In this document: in pieces, positions 12,455-25,133 of the stretch
Position numbering within the stretch: position 1 is the first letter of the stretch
How the letters are laid out: every line of letters starts with the position of its first letter
DNA from: the human T2T-CHM13v2.0 reference genome, Homo sapiens
Reading direction: 5' to 3' (one strand)
NCBI RefSeq assembly: GCF_009914755.1
Contig: NC_060925.1
DNA: 64,000 bases
The notes under the pieces: generated by a model
Database searches by the model: none
What the model was told of the DNA's origin: nothing
What the model saw: the letters and a program-made list of their open reading frames with translations, nothing else
Translations under genes and position numbers: made by a program

Positions 12455-14888
12455 GATTTAATACAATTCCTATAAAAATCCCAGTGAATTTTTTTAGCAA
12501 TAGACAAGCTTATATTGAAAGTTACATGGAAAAAGCACAAGTCCTAGAAAAATTAAAATAATCATGACAAAGAAGAATAAAATGGGAGAAATCCCTCTAC
12601 TTAATACTATGGCTTACTGTAGAGCTATAGTAATCAAAACAGCAAAACTGTATAGTGCTGGTGGAGAGACAGACACATAGAACAATGGAAGAGAATAGAG
12701 AATCCAAAAATTGGCCCACATGAATATTTCCAACTGAATTTTGACAAGGGTGCAAAAGCAATTTAATGGAGGAAGGATCACCTTTTTGAACAATGATGCT
12801 GGAGCAATTGGTTGGATACCAATAGGCGAAAAAAAATAAGAAAAGAAAAAGAACCTTAAGACTCACTCTCACTCTTTATAAAAATATTAACTAAAAATGA
12901 ATCATAGACTTAAATGTAAAAGTTAATATATAAAGCTTTTAGAAAAAAAATCAGAGAAAATCTTCAGGATTTGGACTAGGGAAAGAGTTCTTAAATTAAA
13001 CATCAAAAGTAGAATCCATAAAAGAATAAATTGATACATTAGACTGCATAAAAATGAAAAACTTTCACTTTGCAAAAGACCCTCTGAAGAAGATGGATAA
13101 GCTACAGACTGGGAAAAATATTTGCAAATCATATATGCAACAAAAGACTAGGAACTAGAATATATAAAAAGGCAACAGTAAAAAGATAACCAATTGGAAA
13201 ATGAGAAAAAGACATGAATAGACATTTCCCCACAGAGGATATATAAATGGCAAATAAACACATTAAAAAATGTTTAGCATTATTAGCCATGAGAAAAATG
13301 CAAGTTAAAACCACAACCTATCAGAATGGCTGAAATAAAAAATAGTGATAATACTGAGTTCTGGTAAAGATGCAAAGAAACTGGATCACTCATACATTGT
13401 TGGTAGAAAGGTAAAATGGCACAGCTATTCAGGAAAAGTTTAGAAGCTTTTTATAAAATAAAATTTCCAACTACCAATAAAACCCAGCAATTGCACTCTT
13501 GGACATTCATCCCAGAAAAATGAAAACATGTATTAACACAAAAACCTGTACATGAATGTTCATAGCAACTTTACTTGCAATAGCCAGAAACTAGAATGAA
13601 ATAACAAGTCCTTCAATGGGTGAATGTTTAAACAAACTGTGGCAAGCCCATACAATGGAATATTAATCAGTAATGAAAAGGAGTGAGCTCTTGATATATA
13701 CAACTTGGATGACTCTCCAGGGAATTATGCTGAGTTAAAAAACCCAATCCTATTTGCACTGAAAGGGCTCCTAGTTAAAAAAAAAAAAAAGCCATTCATA
13801 AAAGATTATGTAATGTACTAACCTGGAAATAACAAAATTTTAGAAATGGAGGACGGTTAGTGGTTTCCAGAGGCTGGAAATGGGAAGACGGTGGAGGAAG
13901 AAAGGTGTGGTTTAAAACGGTACAACATGAGGGAACCTTGTGGTGTTGCAACTGTTCAGTACCTGAACTGTGGCGATGGACACATAAACTTGCAAGTGAC
14001 AAAAATCTTATAGAACTTACACACGTACATAACTGCAAGTAAAACTGGGGAAATCTGAATAAGATAGGTGGTTTGTATCAATGTCAATGTCTTGCTTGTG
14101 GTATTGTCCTATAGTTTTGGAAAATATTACCATTGAAGGAAACTGGATAAAGTGTAAGAAAGATCTCTCTGTATTACTTCTTATAACTGCAGGTGAATCT
14201 ACAATGATCTCAATGAAAATTTCAATTAAACAAAACAACAAGAGAAAACAAAACAAAAAATACGCTTCAGACTGTGTGCCTTCTTTACTTAAAATCCTTC
14301 AATGATTTTCTATTACATTCAGAATAAAATTCAGACTCCTCTAAGGCCCTATACAGTCTGGTTCCTATTTTCTCTCCAGTCTCATTTTGTTCTAATCATG
14401 TCTTTTCTCATTATTCACCACACTGGACTTCTTTTGGTGTTCGCACAGGCCAAACTCTTTCCATACTTACGAACTTTGTATGTGTTGTTCCCACTAAAAC
14501 ACTCATCCCTCAGTTTTTATTGTGGCTGTTTTTTCTCATCTTTTAGATCTTGGCTTGGATGTTACCTCCTCAAAGTCCCTTCCCTAATGACAATCAGTCA
14601 GTCAAGAAAAAATAATAAATATTAAACATAAATAAATAAAACAAGTGGATTAAATCTGTAACTCTTTATGTCATTACTGATAAGGCAATAATGTTAATAT
14701 TTTTAATATTTTAAATGGCATATATCTATCTATGTAGGCTACCTGTGTATTGATTGACATTATAAAAATGATAAACTGTAAGAGATTTCCCCATTCATGC
14801 TTGTTAAGGAACACCAGTGAAATGTGTGATTATAAATAAAATGCTCAGGTGATAGTAGCCTGTGCAAAACTTAAAAATATGTTCTATT

Positions 14889-15284
<396 letters not shown>

Positions 15285-15739
15285 TTAAAAAGAAACAAAT
15301 GTTTCTGATAAGTACTTTAGAAATTAAGCATTGCTTTAAAAAATCAAGTATTTTGATAAAAAATATCAATAGCAGAAGAATGAATTCTTTTGCTATTATT
15401 CAATGTGAGGTTGCCAGTAGAGTGTCGCTTCTTTTAAGGCATAATTTGGAGCCTATTTTTGGAATATTTTTTAATCAACACAAAGGAATTGTAATGATAT
15501 GATTATTATTTTTTGGCTCACTGACTAAAATTCACAGGCACAGGCCCTATTATTTTAAAAAGTAAACAAAACTCCATGTAACATGACTTACAGGTTTTAT
15601 CATAATCTACCCTGTGTAGATGAGGACCCTTGAAAAATTCAACATGAATATAGTTGTTGGGAAGCCAGAAACAGGATGAGGGCTAAGATCATATGCCAGG
15701 GAAAGTCGAGGCGTATATTGAAGCAGTGTGTTGTTCCTA

Positions 15740-15905
<166 letters not shown>

Positions 15906-16249
15906 CAAATGGTGAGTCATCAGATCAGAGGAGATGTAACCAGGAGAGTCAGAGTTTACTGGCTGAAACTGTTTGAAACTTTGCCTCTTAAAGGGATGAG
16001 ACTATGAGCTTAGTATCTAACACACTTTGTTATTATAAGTGATATTAAAAAGAAATCATGATCAAGTTATTTATATATTCTGTACAACTGCTTGGATTTT
16101 CATTGATTCTCATTTCTGCTACCAATTAGCTATGAGAACTTGAACAAGTACTAACATCTATTTGTGTTGCAATTTGTCTTAGCCAAAAAAGAGCAAGTTG
16201 GATTAGAATGTACATATCTAACATTGTATCAATATATGGATCATTCATA

Positions 16250-16866
16250 TTTCTTTTTTTCTTCTTCATCTTCTTTTTTTAAAATTTTTGAGACAGGGTC
16301 TCACTGTGTTGCCCAGGCTGGAGCACAGTGGCCCAATGGTGGCTCACTGCAGCCTTGACCTCCTGGGATCAAGCGATCCTCCTCCCAGCTCAGTCTCCTG
16401 AGTAGCTGTGACCAGGCACATGCCACCATGCTTGACTAATTGTTTTTTTATTTTTTGTAGAGACAGGGTCTTGCCATATTGTCCAGACTGGTCTCAACCT
16501 CCTGAGCTCAAGCAATCCTCCCACCTTGGTCTCCCAAAGTGCTAGGATTACAGCCATGGCACTAGCTAAGAGATTAATTTTTTTTTTTTTAAGACAGGGT
16601 CTTTTCTGTCACCCAGGCTGGAGTGCAGTGGTGCGATCTTGCCTCACTTCAACTGCCGGTTCCTAGGTTCAAGCGATCCTCCCACTTCAGCTCCATGAAT
16701 AGCTGGGATTACAGGCCTTACCACCACAGCTGTGCTAATTTTTGTGGTTTTTTTTTGTAGAGATGGTGTTTCGCCATGTTGGCTAGGCTGGTCTCGAATT
16801 ACTGGGCTCAAGTGATCCACCAGTCTCAGTCTCACAAAGTGCTGGGATTACAGGTGTGCACCACAT
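16250..16866 (-). mobile_element. Two tandem AluJ-like elements (~16250-16566 and ~16578-16866)
   Basis: Two poly-T-led Alu dimers. Confidence 0.9.
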
Positions 16867-17366
16867 ATTTCTAATTGGTTGAAAACTTTATTTGTAGGTA
16901 ATGCAAAGATAAACATCAAGATGAATCATTTTAGCATCTGTACTAATGAAGTTTGAATTAATCAGGGTTTGTTTCCTCTTCCTTTGTATTTTACTCATTA
17001 GTTTGTAGAGATCTAATGTTTTGTAACCAAAGTGGAAGAACGTCAAATTCAATAAAGAAAACAAAATATTTATTAAGTAAACAACAAGGAACTGTGGGAG
17101 AGTGTAACTTGGAGATTCCAAAGGGCTCTATCCCTGATGATCTGGTTATCTGATTTATGTCAGCTTGTAATTGTCCTTGTTTTGACCCAAGAGATGATTG
17201 TGTGGGAAGTTTGTCTCTGAGAGCTAATGCATGGCTCTGCAGTGTGTCTGGAGTGTATGAAGAGTGCCACCTCTCCACCCCTTCTAAAGAGAGAAGGACT
17301 TATCTTCTCTAGCTGGAAAGTGACATTCTTTGCTGACCACCAGTCAGGAACTCTGTGCAGGGACAA

Positions 17367-20352
17367 GGGTATGAGACCACTCTCCCCACTGTGCTTTTAT
17401 TGACTATGCAAGTTGAGCTTGACTCTTTAAAGGGAAGAATACTCTTCCAGTCAAAGCCTTGATAGAACAACCAGTTTCTCTAATTGGGTTTTGTTGCAAA
17501 AGAAAAATAGATTCTTACTGCACTGATGCAAACAACTATATTGCCACAAGTTAAGAACACTCACAGATAGTTTCTGAATTCTAGAGGAAACAGGCAGAGA
17601 GAAACAAACATGCTCCACATTTTGTTCACAGAAGTATACCTTACTCAATTATTAAAGGCTGTAAATAGTTCAAAATAAGTTTCCTTGACTCTGAAAAAAA
17701 CACGGATCAGCAATATTCCAAGCAAAAGTAAAAAAGATTTGCTTCAGTTTCTGAGTTCAGTCCATTTAGTTAACTCTTGTTTTGCTTGATATTTGTGAAC
17801 ATTTTAGCTCTTCATGAGTCTTGTACATTTCCCTTTATTCCAATGTTACAATCTCCAAAAATTATCAAAAACCAAACCTGTATTTGAGAGCATCTGTTAC
17901 AGTTCTACAGCCTATTATAAACCACCTTTGGAAAAGGATTACAACAAGACAACAATTGTCTGTGAATTACAAAATGTCCAGGGTAGTTACAGTTAGAAAC
18001 CCAATTGACAAAGAAGTTTGGTTATCTCTGTGGTTTACAATAACTTAACATAACAACCTTAATTATGATTGATAGCATATACTTAGACATTAAAATTTTA
18101 GAAATCCCATACAATTTTGGAACATATATTAGTATTATTCACCAAAATATGACCTAAATAAAATTGAACATCATTTTGGCAATCTCATGTAACTAAATAT
18201 GTCAAAAAATCCTGTTTACTTCTTTTCTGGATGTTTCAGGGGCCCTCTAATCCACCCAAAAAGCCAGACAATCAGGAAAGACAATTTTGAAACTGAAGTT
18301 TCATTTTGGGAAGGCTGTTAAAGGTGTTTGATTTTTAAAATACTTAATGTTATGAAATAGAATTTAGATTATAATGTTATTTATTTTGCCAAAATGATGA
18401 CTCAGAAATTGTAAAGAGACAAAAACCTTTTACAACCCTTTACAAATTTTGCTAAAGAGCAGATTCATGCCTAAAGAGTATCTTTTTGAGCTTTTATTTT
18501 AATGCTCAATTTACGGAAAAACCATATAATACCTTTTTTGAATTTACTCAATATGGTCACACAGAGGACCACTTCTGCAAGATTAATTTCCACAATCCTT
18601 ACACTACTTTTGTTTGAACCTTCAGCTTTATCATATTTAATGTAAAACAATCTTTTAACCCTAGGCAAGAATTTATATTTCCATGCCTTCTTATAACCTT
18701 TTATAGAAAAACACATTTTACTGTTCTTACACATCTCACATGTAAATCTATTTTCAGTAGTTTCAATTACATGTTATAATGGTAATTCCTGGCAATTTTT
18801 AACCTTAATGTAAAACCTGGTAACTTGTTTAATTGTGTGCTATGTGCAACCAAGGTTTGACTCCTTCCAGCATAATTAAGGGCGTGTTTAGTTCTACATG
18901 TCCCCAGGCCTCACCAGTTATGAAGCCAGCAAGTCATATAGTTCTTAAAACCCAGAAAGTAGTTTATAACACTTAGCAAACCTTGCATATGACCTGCATA
19001 ATTTAGTCCACCTATTTACATTTTGATGACATCTGCTTTTTACCAATAATCTTAAAGGCTGCTTTTATTTCTCAAAGATTAAAGTCATGTGAACTGAAGG
19101 GTACCACAGCTTTTATATTCCCTTTAAAACCTACATGATCCAATTGCTTGTCTTCTTTTAGGCCGATGAATTAGAGCTCTTTTTACAGACATCACACACA
19201 GCACACATATTGCTACACAAACAGGCAGAAGAAAACCCAGTCCCCAGGTGGAGCCCTTTAAGAGACAGGGCTAGGAAAATATGCAGATATCAAACCAGAA
19301 AGGACTTATTTCCTAAAGCAGGATTGCTAAAGAAAGCCTTGCCACGGGTTACAGGCCACGACCGCAGGATGTAAAACAAGATGAAGGCCTGCAGTGAAGT
19401 TTGCTATGACCCACACAGACATGCAAAGCACACCAGATTGTCTACAGCTTAAGACCAGCCTCACAAAGCCTTTTTCACAATTAAAACTTTGCAGAGAATA
19501 TAAACAGTGATCCTCATCATTCCAGCTGAGTAAAACACCTTCTAAAAGGAAAAAAACTTTTAACTGCTGATGGCGTAGGGAAAAGGATGCCTGGGGGGAA
19601 CAACCTCTTATTCTTATGCAAGTGGTTCCTCCACTGGGGAGAGAAGCTTAATTACTGTCCAATGGAGTTGAACCCCTTGGCCAAGGAAGGGGAAAGTCTC
19701 TGGCAGTGAGTGGCAGGGAATGCCAGCTAGCTGTTCGTTCAGGGCCCTTGGGCCATGCGTTTCAGCCCTGGCAGGGAGGGGAAGGGGAGGGGAGGAGAAA
19801 GCAGCTGCTGGCCTGTCCATCCCAAAAAAGGAAGGAAAAGACCATGGAGACCGAAGCTGACCTTCTCAACCCCCAGAAGTGATGGGGGTGGGGTCACAGT
19901 TTCCCCTACCCTCAGAAGTCCGAGGATGAAAAGGCTTAGAAACAAGAGGGAAAAAGTCTTTTTTTTGGTTTGCATCTGCTTCACCACTTCTCAAGCCCCA
20001 TGTTGGGTGCCAAAGATGTTGTAGGACTCTCTCCTTAGTTCAGCTAAGAGGTGGGTCCTTGTCACACGGCCATGAAAAATTAGGCTTGCAGACAATTTGA
20101 AGGTTGAGACTAATGGAGTTTTTTGGACAAAAAAGAAAAAGGGGAAACAGGGACTCTCCGCAAAGCCAGAGTCCCTGCTAGTGTGCTTCCCACCTCACAG
20201 ATTGAACCCTGGGTTTCACCCAGGTAGAGGTGGGGCCAGGCTCCCCCCCACTGCAAATGGTGTGAAATTCTGTGGCTCCACCCCAGTGCTCACTCCTCCC
20301 AGTGCACAGGCCAGTTGGAATTCCGGAGACCCCCTTACACTTGGCTGTTTCA
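17367..20352 (-). mobile_element. MER61-like ERV1 provirus: 5' LTR 20017-20352, tRNA-Lys PBS, 3'-truncated internal region
   Basis: On the - strand the LTR reads TGAAACAGCCAAGT...CCTACAACA, followed by TGGCACCCAACATGGGGC (19995-20012, tRNA-Lys-type PBS) and an AT-rich MER4-group internal sequence. Left boundary approximate. Confidence 0.75.
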
Positions 20353-21657
20353 GTAAGTCATAAGGAGCTGTCAGAGCAGGGGTTCCAATTACTGTATGTC
20401 CCAGCAATGTTGCTAGCAGACAGGGGAAGGTTTGGAGGTCATGCAAGCTAGTAGTGTAAAAACAAGTATAAATCTCAGGGGATATCTGTAAGGGAGCCTG
20501 TGTCTTTGCTGCCACATAAACACAGTAAGAGCTGCGGAACACAAATAACAGGGAGTGTGTGTTTAAGAAGCCATGTGGCATGCAAAGTGAAAGCAAAAGA
20601 GGCAAACTTGCCCCTGTGGTGGATGGTCTGGTGGGTGTGTAAGGTCATTTCTGAAAACACACAGAGAAAATAGGAGAATAGGCAGTATGGGTTCTTGGAA
20701 AGAGCTGATTTTAGTTGAAAAGGCAGAAGAAACCCCAGACATTGCCTGGTTTTAGGCTTTAGCCCTCTCACTCTTGAGAGTTTCCTGTCCAGAAGGGCCA
20801 TTAGTGCCTCAGTTCTACTCGGTGTGGACCCCAAGTTCCTTCCCACCCCTATGAGCCAGGGTGAACTGAGAGATCAGCACGGGGAGCAGACCACTGTGGC
20901 TGAGAGGTACAATTCTGGGTGTTAATTTGTAAGCAGGAGAGGGAAAGGGGAGAAGAAAACAGTGTATGGGGGTTAAATGTCTCCAGATGAAGAAGGCAAG
21001 GCATAGAGGTGTCTTACCACTGGGGAATGTATCCAAGTCACGTGGCACCAAATGTGTCAGCAACAGATCATATCCGAGTCACACAGCACCAAAGTATACC
21101 AGTGGCGGTGAATTTGCATGGGTCTGCAGCAACCTCAGTTCTTGCCTCCTCAGAAGAAGGAATTCAGCTGAAGGGCATAGGGTGGAGGAGAGTCTGAGGC
21201 AAGTTTTAGAGCAGGAGTGAAAGTTCATTAAAAATCTTTAGAGCAGGAATGAAAAGAAGTAAAGTACACTTAGAAGAGGGCCAAGCAGGCAACTTGAGAG
21301 ATGCTGTTTGACCTTTGACATGGGGTCTTATACATTGGCATCCTTCTGGGTTCTTGTATCCCTTCTCCCCTGATTCATCCCTTGGGGTGGGCTGTTTGCA
21401 TGTGTAGTGGCCTGCTAGCAGTTGGGAGGGGAGCACATGCAGTGTGTTTACTACAGTTGTATGAATGCTCACTTGAGGTGTTCTTTCCTTACCAGTTGAA
21501 TGTCCCTAGAAGGTCATATACCAGTTAAACTCTGCCATTTTGCCTCTTAATTGCGCATGCTTGAGCCCACTCACCTAACTCCTGAGATCTTATTGGAAAG
21601 CTGCTGATCAATAGCTTCTCCTGCCCTGCTCATACCGCCTGACTATCTACTGTAACT
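20353..21657 (-). mobile_element. MER50-like ERV1 5' LTR (~21095-21657), tRNA-His PBS and leader
   Basis: gggtctgcagcaacctcagttcttgcctcctcagaaga... LTR text. TGGTGC(..)GTGACT(C/T)GGAT PBS-like motifs at ~21030-21049 and ~21072-21091. Confidence 0.75.
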
Positions 21658-21905
21658 GAATTAAATAAATTGGTGTTTAGAGATGAAAAAATCAACATTT
21701 TCCCAATTAAAGTGTAAATATGAATGTCTTGTATAAATTCTGCTAAATCCTTAGTTTAAAAAATAGCATTGTACTTTCATCAAACCATACTGATCTGATA
21801 ACCACACTTTCGAATAGTCTCCAAAAATTTTGTTTCCTTCATGTTTTACTCTGAAAAGCCCAGCATTGACTGAAAGGAATGAAGCAGTGAGAACTGGACC
21901 AGAGA

Positions 21906-21973
21906 ATGGCAAATACTTATGTCACTGCATGTGATAGGTATTGTCTTGCTGAACCAGTCAGTGCATTGCTATG
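21906..21973 (+). pseudogene. NR1H5P: NR1H5P first coding exon (MANTYVTACDRYCLAEP...)
   Basis: ATG at 21906. Resembles my recollection of the rodent FXR-beta N-terminus. CAGT duplication at 21955-21962 shifts the frame to TGA at 21972. Donor reads ATATGT instead of GTATGT. The terminal G joins the next exon's AT to give D-ILPEQ. Confidence 0.85.
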
Positions 21974-22950
21974 ATATGTGACAAAAAACTACAGTAAAAA
22001 ATTGTTAATAAGACTTTTTTGTGAGAATTATGGTTAATTACAGAGATTTAAAAAATAAATTAACAAATGAACAAAAGACTGTAAATTATTCTCTATGAAA
22101 GAAAATAATTAGCTTCAAAAATCAATAATACTAAAATATTGTAAGCCAGAATGAAAGGTAAGGAAGGAAAAGCACAATAGTCTAAAACTGTGTTCAGTTT
22201 TAAAAAAGAGAATTACCATGCAAATTTGAAGTTATTTTTATGGGTTGGCTCAAACTGGTTTTCATGCAATTTAGTAAATGCAGTTCGCAATAGATTTTCA
22301 CATGCTTGACATTTTAATCTTAACATAAGATTCTTATAAAAGGTAAAGAGAAAGAAAACAGAATGCAATAGAAACAGGAATTTTTTTGCAAAAAGACTAA
22401 GATTATAATATAAATTTAATCTTAAATGCAGCTTTCTTTTATAGTTTGAACTCTGATTTCCATGCCAACAGAACATCAGCCAGTTTTCTACTGTAGTGAA
22501 AAAAAGACGGTCTTATTTGACAGTCATCCAAGAAAGGTCCTCTTCTTCTTTTTTTTTTTTTAAAGAAAGCTACGTTGTTTTACTGTTAACCTTCTTTCTT
22601 ATATAAGGCTGTCATTTGGTATTCATTCAACATTTAGCATTGCTTTGGATACTGTAAGATTGTAAATGATTTATGTAAATTAATTAAAATTATGATGTTT
22701 ACCAATCTTGGTGGCAGAATTTTGAGGATAAGAATAAGTCTAATCATCTAATGATTCAGCACCAGGGGAAGCACACATATTAAAGACATTGAACAATTAA
22801 GTATTCCTGGATCCTTCTATAGCCAATTTTGAAATTTTAAATTTAGTAGTTCTCCTGAAAGCAGGAAGTAAGTTGGTGTTTGGGAGCTTCTGATAATAAT
22901 GATATACATTATGTATCATTTTATAATATATACATGCTTTTAATTACGTA

Positions 22951-24145
22951 TAGTCATGTGTCACTTAATAACAGGTGCTGCTTACATACGTTCTGAGAAA
23001 TGCATTGTTAGGCAATTTCATCATTGTGTGAATATCATGGAATGTACTTACACAAACTAGAGAGTATAGCTTACTACATACCTGGGCTCTATGGCCTAAC
23101 CTATTGCTCCTAGGCTAAAACCTGTATAGCATATTACTGTACTTAATACTGTAGGCAATTGTAACACAATGGTAAGTATTTGGTAGATTATTCTAAACAT
23201 AGAAAAGGTTCAGTAAAAATAAGGTACAAAGGATAACAAATGATACACTTGTATAGGGTACTTATGAATAGAGCTTGCAGGACTGGAAGTTGTTCTGAGT
23301 GAATCAGTGAATGAATGGTGAGTGAATGTGAAGGCCTAGGACATCACTGTACATTACTGTAGAACTTATAAATACTGTATACTTAGGCTACCCTAAAGTT
23401 ATAAAAAATTATTTTCCTTCTTCAATAATAAACTAATTCTAGCTTACTGTAACTTTTTTACTTTATTAACTTAATTTTTTTAGCTTTTTGACTCTTTGGC
23501 AATAATACTTTTCTTAAAACACCAACACATTGTACAGCTGTATGAAAATATTTTCCTTATATCCTTTTCCTATTCTTAACTTTTTTCTATTAAAATTTTT
23601 TAAAACCTTTAAAACTTTTTTATTAAGGACAAGACACGAACACATGCATTAACCTAGATTTACACTGGGTCAGAATCATCAGTCATCTTCCATCTCCATA
23701 TCGTTGTCCCTCTGGCAGGTCTTCAAGGGCAGTAATACACGTGGAGCTCTCATCTCCTATGACAACAATGCCTTCCCTGGAATACCTCTTGAAGGATCTG
23801 CCTGAGGTTGTTTTACAGTTAACCTTTTTTTTTTTTTTTTTTAATAAATAGGAGCACACACTAAAATAATGATAAAAACTATAGGATAGTAAATACATAA
23901 ACCAGTAACATGGTTGTTTATTATCATTATCAGGTATTATGTACTGTACATAATCGTATCTGCTATACTTTTACATGACTGGCAGCACAGTAGGTTTGTT
24001 TACACCAGCAGCACCACAAACATGTGAGGATGGTTATGACATCACTAGGTGACAGGAATTTTTCAGCCCCTTTATAATGTTATTGGACCACTGTTGTATG
24101 TGTGGTCCATTATTTACCCAAATGTCTTTATGCAGTGCATGACTA
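22951..24145. mobile_element. Tigger3b-like Tc1/mariner DNA transposon
   Basis: Terminal inverted repeats tagtcatg...catgacta with TA flanks, ~1.2 kb. Confidence 0.88.
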
Positions 24146-24761
24146 TATTTCATTTCATTCTTACAGTGACCCTGTGAATTAGGTAAATTTACTCAGATAA
24201 ACAACAAAATTAAAAAGAAACTAGTAATTTAAATCTGGCTACAAATGGCAATGAAGGGCATTGAGATATAGCAAATGAAGAGTTCAGACAAAATTTTTCT
24301 TTTGTTTGAAATAAGCAGATAACTGGTAAAAGTGTATTTTAGTTTGATTTTTTTTGCGAGGTAGTGAAATAATTTATTAATTCATATTGTTCTTGACCGG
24401 AATACACTGAAACTAATTGTATCCACAAGGGGAATGCAGAAGGTGGGGAAAACCTTCTTCTGTTCCAAACTCTAGGACATATTATTTTTCACTTGAGGGA
24501 GAATGGATTGCTATGTAAGCTATGAGCAATGATTACCCTTTCTTATAGCTCCTGAGCAACCTCTGCATACCTCTGGGATTGTAGCATTTATCATGTATCA
24601 GTTGTTTACTGTCTGTCCATCATGCTGGACAGAAAGCTTCTGGGATGTAGTGGATATGTTGAACTAACTTTGCTTGTTGAGATTAAACACTTTGAAATTT
24701 GAAAACTATTAGGAAATTTTGACTTTTTACCATTTGTTCTTTTTCATGTTTTAAAAACTAG

Positions 24762-25133
24762 ATATTTTACCAGAACAAATTAGTTATCAGCTGCATGACA
24801 CTCATTTTAAAAAATCACCTTATTGCCAGTATTCTATTGCTCAGTTTCCTCCAGCTTTACAGTCTGAATCTTTATAAAATCATTTCAACACTTATAGATT
24901 GGATCCACAGGACAGTGATGGTGGACAGTGTGGATTTAGTTCTCGTGAATTAAATAAACCCACTTATGTGGTTGCTCATGATGCTGAAGATGGATACCCT
25001 GGAATAAAAAGGTCCAGACCAACCTATTCTTCCTCGAGAAATAAGGGACAGGAAGAATTCTGTGTAGTTTGTGGTGATAAAGCATCACCATCACCATATC
25101 ATTATAATGCACTTACCTGTGAAGGTTGCAAAG
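24762..25133 (+). pseudogene. NR1H5P: NR1H5P exon: A/B region and zinc finger 1
   Basis: ctag| acceptor. Reads DILPEQISYQ...SL*NHF...[25 protein letters not shown], then |gtaagg. In-frame TAA at 24875-24877. Confidence 0.95.

Larger units (their letters stand above)
10000..14258 (+). mobile_element. L1MB-like ORF2 3' part plus 3'UTR with A-rich tail, inserted in an L2
   Basis: ORF2 RT-region text (ctacagctaacatcac...aatgctttctctctaagactaggaacaa). L2 text stops at ~9990 and resumes at ~14260. Confidence 0.88.

Noticed and set aside
19995-21091. tRNA genes
   Set aside because: Only ~18-20-nt complements of tRNA 3' ends (retroviral primer-binding sites), with no cloverleaf.
19614-21472. Dense cluster of overlapping ORFs as retroviral gag/pol/env
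   Set aside because: They fall in GC-richer LTR and leader sequence, with no gag, protease, RT or env motifs.
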